A stretch of DNA of 64,000 nucleotides from the NCBI GenBank assembly GCA_903893975.1, contig CAITOL010000064.1, forward strand, positions 2,001-66,000, given 5' to 3'. This document shows positions 26,124 through 35,146 of this stretch, one piece after another. The first letter of the stretch is position 1. Each line of letters starts with the position of its first letter. Position numbers and translations under genes: made by a program. Origin of the DNA: an uncultured Rhodospirillales bacterium (GTDB lineage Bacteria; Pseudomonadota; Alphaproteobacteria; Acetobacterales; Acetobacteraceae). The notes below the pieces were generated by a model that saw nothing but the letters and a program-made list of their open reading frames with translations, made no database searches and had not been told where the DNA came from.

Positions 26124-27125
26124 TCAGCCGGTGGCGGCATCCCACAACGCGCACACGCCGCTGATGGTCTGGTAACTGCCGGGCACCACCTGCAACGGCG
26201 CCCGGCGGCCGGGCGCGGCGGGCGGCGGATGGTCGCCCGGCGGCGGCGCGTGGTCACCAGCGACCGAGCGGATCAACCCGTCATGCCCCCAGAAGCTGGC
26301 GATGGTGGTCATTTCCGTCGGCGTCCAGGTCGCGTCATCAATCTCCCGCGCGCCCCAGCCATATTCCACCAGGAAGTCCGACGGGGTGCGGGTATAGAAT
26401 GAGGTCATGTAGTCATTCGGATGCCGACCGAGGCTGACCGCGACGCGGTCGGATACGGATTGGGCGATATCGTAGCCTTGGCCGACATCATCGAGGCAGT
26501 TCAGTTCCATCATCAGATGGTGCATGCCGTGGCGGTGCGGGTGCTGGAAAATCGCCAGGCTGTGATGGCGCGGATTGACGTGCAGGAAACAGGCTTGCAG
26601 CGGGGTGCGGATATAGTCGCTGACTTTGAAGCCGAGCAGGTCCACGTAGAACGCCAGCGTGGTCTCCAGGTCCGGCACCATCAGCACGATATGCCCCATG
26701 CCCAGCGGGCCGGTGCGGAAGCCGGCAATGTCGCGGCTGGGCTGGAAGGGCGTATCGGCCAGCATCGGCGAATGGAACGCTTCCAACTGGGTGCCATCCG
26801 GGTCGCGAAAGCTGATCAGCCCACCGACGAAGCGCTGATCCGCCCGCGCCTGCGGTGGTCGTGTCACCGCCACACCATGCGCTTCCAGCCGGGCCGCCAG
26901 CGCATCGAGCGCGGCCGCATTGGCCACTTCCCAGCCATAAAACCGGTCCGCCACCGGCTGATCGGCATCGACAATGATGCGCTGGCGCCGGTCATCCATG
27001 CGGAAGGCCCGGCTGTTGCCGCCGCGATCCACCTGCTGCAAGCCAAGCTGCCCGATGGCGAAGGCCGACCAGTCCTGCAGGTTATGGGTGCCGATCCCGA
27101 GATAGCCGAGTGCCTGAATGCTCAC
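26124..27125 (-). CDS. type I extradiol ring-cleavage dioxygenase (BphC/HsaC-like, VOC superfamily)
   Basis: The GTG start at 27125 follows GGGAGGGGGA. Motifs: IQALGYLGIGTHNL, AFRMDDRRQRIIV, GMGHIVLMVPDL, LHVNPRHHSLAI, HLMMELN, EYGWGA. Confidence 0.8.
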   Translation of the reverse strand: MSIQALGYLGIGTHNLQDWSAFAIGQLGLQQVDRGGNSRAFRMDDRRQRIIVDADQPVADRFYGWEVANAAALDALAARLEAHGVAVTRPPQARADQRFVGGLISFRDPDGTQLEAFHSPMLADTPFQPSRDIAGFRTGPLGMGHIVLMVPDLETTLAFYVDLLGFKVSDYIRTPLQACFLHVNPRHHSLAIFQHPHRHGMHHLMMELNCLDDVGQGYDIAQSVSDRVAVSLGRHPNDYMTSFYTRTPSDFLVEYGWGAREIDDATWTPTEMTTIASFWGHDGLIRSVAGDHAPPPGDHPPPAAPGRRAPLQVVPGSYQTISGVCALWDAATG

Positions 27126-27294
27126 GCCCTGTCCCCCTCCCGATATGCCGTTGCGTTGCCCGCCGGTCATGATGTGTGTGCGAGTGTGAACGAGACGCCC
27201 GGGAAAATGCAACCGGATGTTGAGCGATACCGCCGGACGTGGATAAATCGCGCCATGGCGGCGCAACATCGCGAACCGCAGGGGGACCGGGCCA

Positions 27295-28185
27295 ATGCAG
27301 CGCAAAACAGCGGCGGATTTTCCGCAGGGATTGCTCAACCTGTTCGATGGCTATGTGCATGGCCGGATGAACCGGCGGCAATTTCTCACCGGGGCGCAGG
27401 AATTCGCGGTCGGCGGGGTAACCGCCGCCGCGCTGCTGGAAATGCTGCGACCGAATTACGCCTGGGCCAATCAGGTGGCGGCGGATGACCCGCGCATCGC
27501 GGTATCTGAGGGCGTCGTACCCTCCCCGCGCGGCAATGGGAGCATCAAAGGCACGCTGGTGCGCCCGGCCGCGGCCGGAACCCGGCCGGTGGTGCTGGTG
27601 GTGCACGAAAATCGCGGGCTCAACCCCTATATCGTCGATGTCGCGCGCCGGCTGGCGGTGGCCGGCTATATCGCCTTCGCCCCGGATGGCCTGACCTCGG
27701 TCGGCGGCTATCCGGGGGATGATGAAAAGGGGCTGGCGCTGTTCGGGCAGATCGACCGGGCGAAAATGGCGGAGGATTTTCTCGCCGCCGCACGCTGGCT
27801 GCGCGCACGGCCCGATAGCAGCGGCAAACTCGGCGCCATCGGGTTTTGCTTCGGCGGTGGGGTGGTGAACCAGTTGGCGGTGCAGATGGGCGACGAACTC
27901 GCCGCCGGGGTGCCGTTTTACGGTGCCCAGCCCACGCCGGCGGAGGCCGCGCGGATCAAAGCGCCGATCAACGCACAATATGGCGCGCTGGATACACGGA
28001 TTACCGACGGATGGGCGGCGTTCGATGCCGCGCTGACCGCAGCCGGTGTGCCGCATGAGGGGCATATCTACCCCGCCGCCAATCACGGTTTCCATAACGA
28101 CACCACGCCGCGTTACGACGACGCGGCGGCCAAGGAAGCCTGGCAGCATACGCTGCGCTGGTTCGGGCGCTATCTGGCGGGTTAA
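27295..28185 (+). CDS. dienelactone hydrolase family protein (Tat-exported)
   Basis: Twin-arginine leader: [26 protein letters not shown]. Family features: [49 protein letters not shown]. Confidence 0.8.
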   Translation: MQRKTAADFPQGLLNLFDGYVHGRMNRRQFLTGAQEFAVGGVTAAALLEMLRPNYAWANQVAADDPRIAVSEGVVPSPRGNGSIKGTLVRPAAAGTRPVVLVVHENRGLNPYIVDVARRLAVAGYIAFAPDGLTSVGGYPGDDEKGLALFGQIDRAKMAEDFLAAARWLRARPDSSGKLGAIGFCFGGGVVNQLAVQMGDELAAGVPFYGAQPTPAEAARIKAPINAQYGALDTRITDGWAAFDAALTAAGVPHEGHIYPAANHGFHNDTTPRYDDAAAKEAWQHTLRWFGRYLAG

Positions 28186-29615
28186 GTGCCGCAGAAGGTG
28201 CGATACGGCCCCTGCCCCGCCGGCGGCGGCAGGGTGTAACGCAGGTCGGCGGGGGTCTCATACGGCCGGCGCAACACCGCCAGCAATGCCTCAAACGGCT
28301 GCATGTCGCCCGCAGCGGCGGCGGCCAAAGCTTCCTCCACTAGGTGGTTGCGAGGAATCACCGCCGGGTTGGCGGCGGCCATGCCCGCCTGCCGCACGGC
28401 GGGCGGCATCGGCTCGGCGGCCAGCCGGGCCTGCCAGCGCGGCAGCCAGGCCACCAACGCTGCCGGGGCAGCGTCTGCCTGCACCGCCGCCGCCGTGAGC
28501 GCGCGGAAGGTCTGGGTGAAATCGGCTTCGGTTTCCGCCATCAGCGCCAGCAGATCCAATATCAACTCCCGGTCGCCCTCCTGCGCCACGCTCAACCCGA
28601 GCTTGCGGCCGAGCCCGCCGAGCCAGGCGGCGTTGAACCGGTCCGCAAACCCGGCCAGCACCGCCTGCGCCTGCTCCACGGCAACATCCGGGTCCGGCGC
28701 GATCAGCGGCAGCAGCGCCTCGGCCAGCCGCGCGAGGTTCCATTGGATGATGCGGGGCTGGTGGCCGTAGCGATAGCGGCCGCCGCGGTCGATGCTGCTG
28801 AACACCGTATCGGGGTGATACTGGTCCATGAACGCGCACGGGCCGTAATCGATGGTCTCGCCGCTGATGGCGGTGTTGTCGGTGTTCATCACCCCATGGA
28901 TGAAGCCCACCAGCATCCATTGCGCCACCAGATCCGCTTGCCGTGCCGTCACCGCCGCCAGCAGCCCCAACGCGCCCTCGGCCTGCGGATAATGCCGCGC
29001 CAAAGCGTAATCTACCAGCACCTGCAACGCATCGGTATCTTGCCGGGCGGCGAAATAGGCGAAGGTGCCCACGCGCAGATGGCTGCGGGCAATCCGGGTC
29101 AGCACCGCGCCGGGCTGCGGTTCGTCGCGGAAAATCTCCTCCCCCGTGGCAACTGCCGCCAGCGCCCGGGTGGTGGGAATGCCGAGGGCGTGCATCGCCT
29201 CGCTGATCAGATACTCCCGCAGCACCGGGCCGATCGCCGCCCGGCCATCGCCGCCGCGCGACCATGGGGTCGGGCCGCTGCCCTTCAGTTGCAGGTCGCG
29301 CGGCGCGCCATCGGCGGCGATCAACTCGCCCAGCAACACCGCGCGGCCATCGCCAAGTTGCGGGTTGAACTGGCCGAACTGATGCCCGGCATAAGCCTGG
29401 GCCACCGGATCGGCCCCCGCGGGCACCCGATTGCCGGCGAGGATTTCCACCCCCTCCGGGCTGGCAAGGGCCGCCGGGTCCAGCCCGAGTTCCTCGGCCA
29501 GGCCAGTATTCACCTGCAACAGGCGCGGCGCCCGCACCTTGGTGGGTGCCAGACGGGCGAACAAACGCTCGGGCAAGGTGGCGTAGGTGTTGTGAAACGG
29601 AATCGACAGGGCCAT
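28182..29615 (-). CDS. selO: protein adenylyltransferase SelO (YdiU)
   Basis: Motifs: [70 protein letters not shown]. The C-terminus is ...YRTFCGT. The start is uncertain: 29615, 29624 or TTG 29636. Confidence 0.85.
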   Translation of the reverse strand: MALSIPFHNTYATLPERLFARLAPTKVRAPRLLQVNTGLAEELGLDPAALASPEGVEILAGNRVPAGADPVAQAYAGHQFGQFNPQLGDGRAVLLGELIAADGAPRDLQLKGSGPTPWSRGGDGRAAIGPVLREYLISEAMHALGIPTTRALAAVATGEEIFRDEPQPGAVLTRIARSHLRVGTFAYFAARQDTDALQVLVDYALARHYPQAEGALGLLAAVTARQADLVAQWMLVGFIHGVMNTDNTAISGETIDYGPCAFMDQYHPDTVFSSIDRGGRYRYGHQPRIIQWNLARLAEALLPLIAPDPDVAVEQAQAVLAGFADRFNAAWLGGLGRKLGLSVAQEGDRELILDLLALMAETEADFTQTFRALTAAAVQADAAPAALVAWLPRWQARLAAEPMPPAVRQAGMAAANPAVIPRNHLVEEALAAAAAGDMQPFEALLAVLRRPYETPADLRYTLPPPAGQGPYRTFCGT

Positions 29616-29751
29616 GCACTTCATATCGGGCGCCAATCGCCATCACGCAAGGCGGGACGATGCCGCGGCGGGCCTTCTCGCCGGGCGCAAATCGTGGTCT
29701 GCTGTCGCCGCTGGGGCAGCCGCCCCATGCCTACGGGGGAGATCCAAACGA

Positions 29752-30135
29752 ATGTTCAGCCATGTCATGCTTGGCAGTAACGATATCGATCGTTCGAAGA
29801 AATTTTACGACGCGCTGTTTACCGCCGTTGGCGGCAAGCCGGGCGTGCAGGACGCCAAGGGCCGGTTAATCTATGCCCATAATGGCGGCCTGCTGCTGAT
29901 CACCAAGCCGATCGACGGCAAGGCGGCAACCGGCGCCAATGGCGGCACGGTTGGCTTTGCCATGACCGGCCCGGAACAAGCCGATGCCTGGCACGCGGCG
30001 GGCGTGGCAGCGGGTGGCATGGCGATCGAAGATCCGCCGGGCATTCGTGCCGGCGGTGCGGGCAAGCTCTATCTGGCCTATCTGCGCGACCCCGATGGCA
30101 ACAAGCTCTGTGCGCTGCACCGCGTGCCGGCCTAA
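29752..30135 (+). CDS. VOC (glyoxalase/bleomycin-resistance/dioxygenase) family protein
   Basis: Track ORF 29614..30135 trimmed to ATG 29752 (MFSHVMLGSNDIDRSKKFYDALF...YLRDPDGNKLCAL), a typical single VOC module. Confidence 0.75.
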   Translation: MFSHVMLGSNDIDRSKKFYDALFTAVGGKPGVQDAKGRLIYAHNGGLLLITKPIDGKAATGANGGTVGFAMTGPEQADAWHAAGVAAGGMAIEDPPGIRAGGAGKLYLAYLRDPDGNKLCALHRVPA

Positions 30136-30149
30136 GCGTCGGCGGCACC

Positions 30150-30195
30150 GGCGATGTGCGCGGCCGTTCGGCGCACATCGCCACCGCCCGGTTTT
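30150..30195 (+). terminator. strong hairpin downstream of the VOC gene (possible intrinsic terminator)
   Basis: There is a perfect 12-bp inverted repeat, GGCGATGTGCGC (30150-30161) / GCGCACATCGCC (30171-30182), with a 9-nt loop. A TTTT run lies at 30192-30195, but it is 9 nt from the stem, so the terminator call is tentative. Confidence 0.4.
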
Positions 30196-30206
30196 GAGGA
30201 CATTGC

Positions 30207-30602
30207 ATGGCCCATCCGCTGGATCAGGCGCGCTACATCAGCCTGGAGACCTATCGCAAATCCGGCGTGGGGGTGCGGACCGCGGTGTGGTTTGCGGCCG
30301 CGCCACAGGGGCCGGACCGGTTTTACGTCTACACCACCGCTGATGCCGGCAAAACCAAGCGCATCCGCCGCAATGGCGCGGTGAAGATCGCCGCCTGCGA
30401 TATGCGTGGCAAAGTTGATGGGCCGTGGTACGACGCCACGGCGCGCCTGGTTGACGGCGCGGACTTCGCCACCGGCATGCGACTGCTGAACCGCAAATAC
30501 TGGCCGTGGAAGCGGCTGCTGGATCTGGCCGCCAAACTGTTCAGCCGCCATCAGCGCGCGATGATCTGCATCGCACCAACGGGTGACGCCGCGCGCGGCT
30601 GA
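30207..30602 (+). CDS. PPOX-class (pyridoxamine 5'-phosphate oxidase-like, split-barrel) family protein
   Basis: RYISLETYRKSGVGVRTAVWFAA..DRFYVYTTADAGKTKRIRRNGAVKIAACD resembles the PPOX-class probable F420/FMN-binding family. Confidence 0.6.
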   Translation: MAHPLDQARYISLETYRKSGVGVRTAVWFAAAPQGPDRFYVYTTADAGKTKRIRRNGAVKIAACDMRGKVDGPWYDATARLVDGADFATGMRLLNRKYWPWKRLLDLAAKLFSRHQRAMICIAPTGDAARG

Positions 30603-30645
30603 GTGCTATGCAGGGCGGATCGATGTCCGACCGGGAAACCCTGCC

Positions 30646-31641
30646 ATGACCGAAAGCTTCCGGGCGCTACGCGCCTTCAAAACCGAAAGCGGCGTTGAGG
30701 CGCGGTTGGTCTCGTTAACCGACGCCGATCTGATGGACGGCGACGTGACCGTGCGGGTGGACTATTCCACGGTGAATTTCAAGGACGGTCTGGCGATCAC
30801 CGGACGGTCGCCGATTATCCGCACTTTTCCGCTCACCCCTGGGATCGACTTTGCCGGCGTGGTGGAAAGCTCCGCCCATGCCGGGTTCGCGCCCGGTGAC
30901 CGGGTGGTGCTGAACGGCTGGGGCGTGGGGGAAAGCCACCATGGCGGCTACGCCCAGCGGGCGCGGGTGAAGGGCGACTGGCTGGTGAAGCTGCCGGATG
31001 CCATTTCCACCGCGCGCGCCATGGCCATCGGCACCGCCGGCTACACCGCGATGCTCTGCGTGATCGGGCTGGAACGCAGCGGGCTGACGCCAGACGCTGG
31101 CAGCGTGATTGTGACCGGGGCGGCCGGCGGGGTGGGCAGCGTGGCCATCGCCCTGCTGGCCGGCCTTGGCTACCACGTCATCGCCTCCACCGGCCGGGCG
31201 GCGGCCGAGGGCGCCTACCTCACCAGCCTGGGTGCGGCGGAGGTGATCGACCGCGCCAGCCTGTCCGCGCCGGGCAAGCCGCTGGGCGCCGAGCGTTGGG
31301 CCGGGGCGGTGGATTCGGTGGGCAGCCACACGCTGGCCAATGTGCTGGCGCAAACCCGCTATGGCGGCGCGGTGGCCGCCTGCGGGCTGGCGCAGGGCAT
31401 GGATCTGCCCGCCAGCGTGGCGCCGTTTATTTTGCGCGGCATCACCCTGGCCGGAATTGATTCGGTGCGCTGCCCGATGCCACGCCGGGTGCAGGCCTGG
31501 GCGCGGCTGGCGACCGATCTGGATTTCGCTAAGCTGGACGCCATGACCCGCCCGGCGACGCTGGCCGATGTGCCGGCGCTGGCGCAGGACATTCTGGCAG
31601 GCCAGGTGCGCGGCCGCGTTTTGGTGGACGTGAACCAATGA
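30646..31641 (+). CDS. YhdH/AcuI-type MDR oxidoreductase (acrylyl-CoA reductase-like quinone oxidoreductase family)
   Basis: Track ORF trimmed to ATG 30646. Motifs: VRVDYSTVNFKDGLAITG, FPLTPGIDFAGVV, VTGAAGGVGSVAIALL. Confidence 0.8.
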   Translation: MTESFRALRAFKTESGVEARLVSLTDADLMDGDVTVRVDYSTVNFKDGLAITGRSPIIRTFPLTPGIDFAGVVESSAHAGFAPGDRVVLNGWGVGESHHGGYAQRARVKGDWLVKLPDAISTARAMAIGTAGYTAMLCVIGLERSGLTPDAGSVIVTGAAGGVGSVAIALLAGLGYHVIASTGRAAAEGAYLTSLGAAEVIDRASLSAPGKPLGAERWAGAVDSVGSHTLANVLAQTRYGGAVAACGLAQGMDLPASVAPFILRGITLAGIDSVRCPMPRRVQAWARLATDLDFAKLDAMTRPATLADVPALAQDILAGQVRGRVLVDVNQ

Positions 31642-32597
31642 CCGAGGCGGACCGGCTGCCAATCGTCGATTGCGCCGCCATCGGCACCGAAGCCGGCGAC
31701 CGGGCTTTGGCGGCAGAACTGGATACGATCTTCCGCAGCGTCGGGTTCTGCTACTTCCGCAATATCGGCATCGCGCCGGAGCTGGTTGATGGGCTGTTCG
31801 CCGCCTCCCGCCAGTTCCATGCCCAGCCGGATGCGGCCAAGCGGGCGCTGGCGATGAATGCCACCCATCGCGGCTACATGGCGCCGAACAGTTCGGTGAT
31901 CGTGACCTCCACCGTCGCGGCAGTGAAACGGCCGAATAATTCCGAATCGCTGATGCTGATGCACGACGTCGCCCCGGATGATCCGCGCTGGGGCACGGAA
32001 GTGCACGGCCCGAACCAGTGGCCGGACCTGCCCGGATTTCGCCCGACGGTGGAAGCCTATGAAGCCGCGATGCGGGCGTTTTGCCTGCAACTGCTGCGGC
32101 CGATGGCCTTGGCGCTGGATCTGCCGGCCGATTGGTTCGCGCCGCATTTCGCCCGGCCCACCACCTTTCTGCGCCTGCTGCACTACCCGCCGCAGCCACC
32201 CGATAGCCCGGATGACGCCTTCGGCTCTGCCCCGCATACCGATTATGGCTTTCTGACCATTTTATGCCAGGACACCGCCGGCGGGCTGGAAGTGCGCCGC
32301 GCCGATGGCACCTGGCTGCAAGCCCCGCCGGTGCCCGGCACCTGGGTGGTCAACGTGGCGGATATGCTGTCCCGCTGGACCAACCGGCGCTGGCAATCCA
32401 CCCCGCATCGGGTGAAGAACCTGTCCGGCGGCGACCGGTTTTCCTGCCCGTATTTCTTCGACATGGACATGGACAGCGTGGTCGCCTGCGTGCCGGGCGC
32501 CACCGAGGCACCGCGCTTCACGCCAGTGCGCTACGGTGATTATCTGATGGAACGGCTGGATAAAAACTACGCCTATCGCAAGGGAACAACAGCATGA
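31638..32597 (+). CDS. 2-oxoglutarate/Fe(II)-dependent oxygenase (IPNS-like)
   Basis: The H-x-D...H triad is present (APHTDYGFLTIL ... WQSTPHRV), as is the 2OG-binding R-x-S (DRFSCPYF). The start overlaps the upstream stop (ATGA). Confidence 0.8.
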   Translation: MTEADRLPIVDCAAIGTEAGDRALAAELDTIFRSVGFCYFRNIGIAPELVDGLFAASRQFHAQPDAAKRALAMNATHRGYMAPNSSVIVTSTVAAVKRPNNSESLMLMHDVAPDDPRWGTEVHGPNQWPDLPGFRPTVEAYEAAMRAFCLQLLRPMALALDLPADWFAPHFARPTTFLRLLHYPPQPPDSPDDAFGSAPHTDYGFLTILCQDTAGGLEVRRADGTWLQAPPVPGTWVVNVADMLSRWTNRRWQSTPHRVKNLSGGDRFSCPYFFDMDMDSVVACVPGATEAPRFTPVRYGDYLMERLDKNYAYRKGTTA

Positions 32598-33559
32598 CGG
32601 CCATTCGGCTCGGGGTTATCGGCGCGGGTATCATGGGGGAGCGCATGTTGCGCGCGGCGTTGGACCATGCGGCCGACACGGTGCAGATCGTCGGCGTGTG
32701 GGACCCGTCGGCCGCCGCGCGGGCACGGATCGCGGCGGGGTTGCCGGGGGTGAGCCTGGCGGCCTCCGCCGAGGCGTTGATCGCGGCGGCGGACTGCGTC
32801 TACATCGCGTCCCCGCCAGCCTCCCACCTGCCGCTTTCGGCCGCCGTGCTGGCGGCGGGCAAGGCGGTGTTCTGCGAAAAGCCGCTGGCGTCCGACGTGG
32901 CGGCGGCCGCGGCCTTCGTGGAGAGCGCGCGCGGCAAGCGGGCGGCGGTGAATTTCCCGATGGCGACCTCCTTCGCCGCTGAACGGCTGCGCGGCTGGCT
33001 CGCCGAGGGGGCCATTGGCACGCCGCAGCGGCTGGAGATCGAGGTCGCGTTCGCCAACTGGCCGCGCGGCTGGCAGCAGGATGCGGCAAGCTGGCTCGAC
33101 GGCCCGGCCGAAGGTGGCTTTACCCGGGAGGTGGTGTCGCATTTCCTGTTCCTCACCGGGCGGCTGGTCGGGCCGATGACGCTGGGGGCGCATAGCGCCA
33201 GCTTCCCGCAGGCCGGGCGCGGCGAGCGGGCGATTACGGCCACCCTGACCGCCGGCGGCCTGCCGGTGCAGCTGACCGGCGCGGTCGGCAGCACCGAAAA
33301 GGACGACCATAATCTGTGGACGCTGACCGGCGACTGTGGCGCGGTGCGCATCCGCGACTGGGCGGCGGCGGAACGGCTGGTGGACGGGGTGTGGCAGCCC
33401 GATACCGAAGCCATGCCGCAAGACACCGCCCGCCCGCTGGTGCTGAAGCGGCAACTGGCCGGGGTGGCGGCGATGGTGCGCGGGGAGGCGCATCCGCTGG
33501 CAACGCTGGAAGAAGCCTTCGCGGTGCAGCGCGTTGTCGAAGGGATTCTGGCGGCGTAA
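32594..33559 (+). CDS. Gfo/Idh/MocA family NAD(P)-dependent oxidoreductase
   Basis: IRLGVIGAGIMGERML, ADCVYIASPPASH, AGKAVFCEKPLA. The start overlaps the upstream stop (ATGA). Confidence 0.8.
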   Translation: MTAIRLGVIGAGIMGERMLRAALDHAADTVQIVGVWDPSAAARARIAAGLPGVSLAASAEALIAAADCVYIASPPASHLPLSAAVLAAGKAVFCEKPLASDVAAAAAFVESARGKRAAVNFPMATSFAAERLRGWLAEGAIGTPQRLEIEVAFANWPRGWQQDAASWLDGPAEGGFTREVVSHFLFLTGRLVGPMTLGAHSASFPQAGRGERAITATLTAGGLPVQLTGAVGSTEKDDHNLWTLTGDCGAVRIRDWAAAERLVDGVWQPDTEAMPQDTARPLVLKRQLAGVAAMVRGEAHPLATLEEAFAVQRVVEGILAA

Positions 33560-33591
33560 CCTGGCGCCACATAAAAATGGTTGGAGCAGAC

Positions 33592-34302
33592 ATGTCCCTC
33601 GCCGAACTGGCCCCGACCGGCACGCTGCGTGCCGGGATTAACATGAGCAACTTCCTGCTGGTCAGCGGCGGGCTGGTGGATGGGGTGCCGGTGGGCGTGT
33701 CGCCCGACCTGGCACGGGCCATCGCGGCGAAGCTGGGGGTGCCGGTGCAGCTGGTGCCCTACCCCTCCCCCGGCCTGCTAGCCGATGACGCAGGCAAAGG
33801 GGTTTGGGATATCGGGCTGATCGGCGCCGAGCCGGCGCGGGCGCAGACGATCGACTTCACCCCGGCCTATGCCGAAATCGAGTCGACCTACCTGGTGCCG
33901 GCTGGCTCCGCCATTCAGAGCATCGCCGAGGTGGATCGGCCGGGGGTGCGGATCGCGGTGACCGCGCGGGCAGCGTATGATTTGTGGCTGGAAGCCAATA
34001 TCAAGCACGCGACGCTGGTGCGGGCCCAGGGGCTGGATGGCGCGTTTGAACTGTTCGTGAACGACAAGCTCGACGTGCTGGCCGGGCTGCGGCCGCGTTT
34101 GCTCAGCGATGTGGCCAAACTGCCCGGCGCCCGCATTCTGGACGGGCAGTTCACCGCCGTGCAGCAGGCGGTGGGCACCGCGAAGGGCAATGCCAGCGCG
34201 CTGGCGTTTTTGCGCGGCTTCATCGCCGAGGCCAAGACCAGCGGGCTGATTGCCGGGCTGATCGCGAAACATCAGGTGCAAGGGCTTTCTGTGGCGCCGT
34301 GA
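33592..34302 (+). CDS. family-3 solute-binding-protein-like protein without a signal peptide
   Basis: Track ORF 33316..34302 trimmed to ATG 33592, which follows GGAGCA. GTLRAGINMSNFLLV, VGVSPDLARAIAAKLGVPVQLVPY and TIDFTPAYAEIESTYLV are SBP type 3 features. No hydrophobic leader exists in frame upstream. Confidence 0.7.
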   Translation: MSLAELAPTGTLRAGINMSNFLLVSGGLVDGVPVGVSPDLARAIAAKLGVPVQLVPYPSPGLLADDAGKGVWDIGLIGAEPARAQTIDFTPAYAEIESTYLVPAGSAIQSIAEVDRPGVRIAVTARAAYDLWLEANIKHATLVRAQGLDGAFELFVNDKLDVLAGLRPRLLSDVAKLPGARILDGQFTAVQQAVGTAKGNASALAFLRGFIAEAKTSGLIAGLIAKHQVQGLSVAP

Positions 34303-34335
34303 AACCGGTTCCGCTAGAACGCGCGTTTCCTGCCG

Positions 34336-34602
34336 ATGCGAGTCGGCATACCCACCGAAAAGGCTCCCGCCGTGAACCCGACCGATATCGCCCGTGTGCA
34401 GGCTTATTTGCGCGCCACCCTCGGCAATGACCGCATCCATATCGACCCGCCGGCGCGCAAAGGCGCCTCGGTGGAAGTGCGCGTCGGCACCGATTTCATC
34501 GGCACGCTGCATCGTGACGAGGATGAGGGCGAAGTCTCCTTCACCCTGACGATGGCGATTCTGGAAGAAGACCTGCCGCAGGTGGCGGTTAGCCGGAAAT
34601 AA
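34336..34602 (+). CDS. DUF3126 family protein
   Basis: DIARVQAYLRATLGNDRIHIDPPARKGASVEVRVGTDFIGTLHRDEDEGEVSFTLTMAILEEDL matches the DUF3126 pattern as I remember it. The real start may be GTG 34372. Confidence 0.6.
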   Translation: MRVGIPTEKAPAVNPTDIARVQAYLRATLGNDRIHIDPPARKGASVEVRVGTDFIGTLHRDEDEGEVSFTLTMAILEEDLPQVAVSRK

Positions 34603-35146
34603 GCGCCGCCGCCGCGTCGGCCAGTTGCCCGACCAGCACGCTGATGGTCGCGGCAACAGGCTGGCCCGGGAGCGCGTTGGCTTGCAGCCGCACCGTCCGC
34701 GCCATGGCGGGGCGGCTTCTGATGTCGCGGCGCACGGCGATCTGCGCCACCAGCACCACGTTCCCAGCCGGGTCCGCATCCAGGCGCTGCACATCGAGTT
34801 CCACCACCCGATCGGCCTCCGTGGCGATGGCACCGGATTCGGTGAAGATGCTGGCCGCGGGCAGGCGCTGCACCAGATCCTCGGCGAACACCCGTTCCAG
34901 CATCCGGCCCAGCGGCTCCGCCCAGCGTTCGCTGTCGGACACGTTCAGGCGATAGGCCGATGGGCTGCGCACCAGTTCGGCGCGGTCCAGATAGCCGGCC
35001 AGGCCGACGCGGTGCAGTTCGATGCTGATCGGCGGGCTCGGTCGCACCGGGCCGGGCGCGAAGGCCAGGGTGTAGAGTTCCAGCGGCGGTGCGCTGCAAC
35101 CGGCCACGGCCAAGGCCAGCAGCAGGGTAATCGTGCGAGCCTTCAT
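34589..35146 (-). CDS. pqiC: PqiC (YmbA/DUF330) ABC-type transport auxiliary lipoprotein
   Basis: Lipobox: LLLALAVAGCSAP. It lies immediately downstream of pqiB with a 4-nt overlap. Confidence 0.75.
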   Translation of the reverse strand: MKARTITLLLALAVAGCSAPPLELYTLAFAPGPVRPSPPISIELHRVGLAGYLDRAELVRSPSAYRLNVSDSERWAEPLGRMLERVFAEDLVQRLPAASIFTESGAIATEADRVVELDVQRLDADPAGNVVLVAQIAVRRDIRSRPAMARTVRLQANALPGQPVAATISVLVGQLADAAAALISG

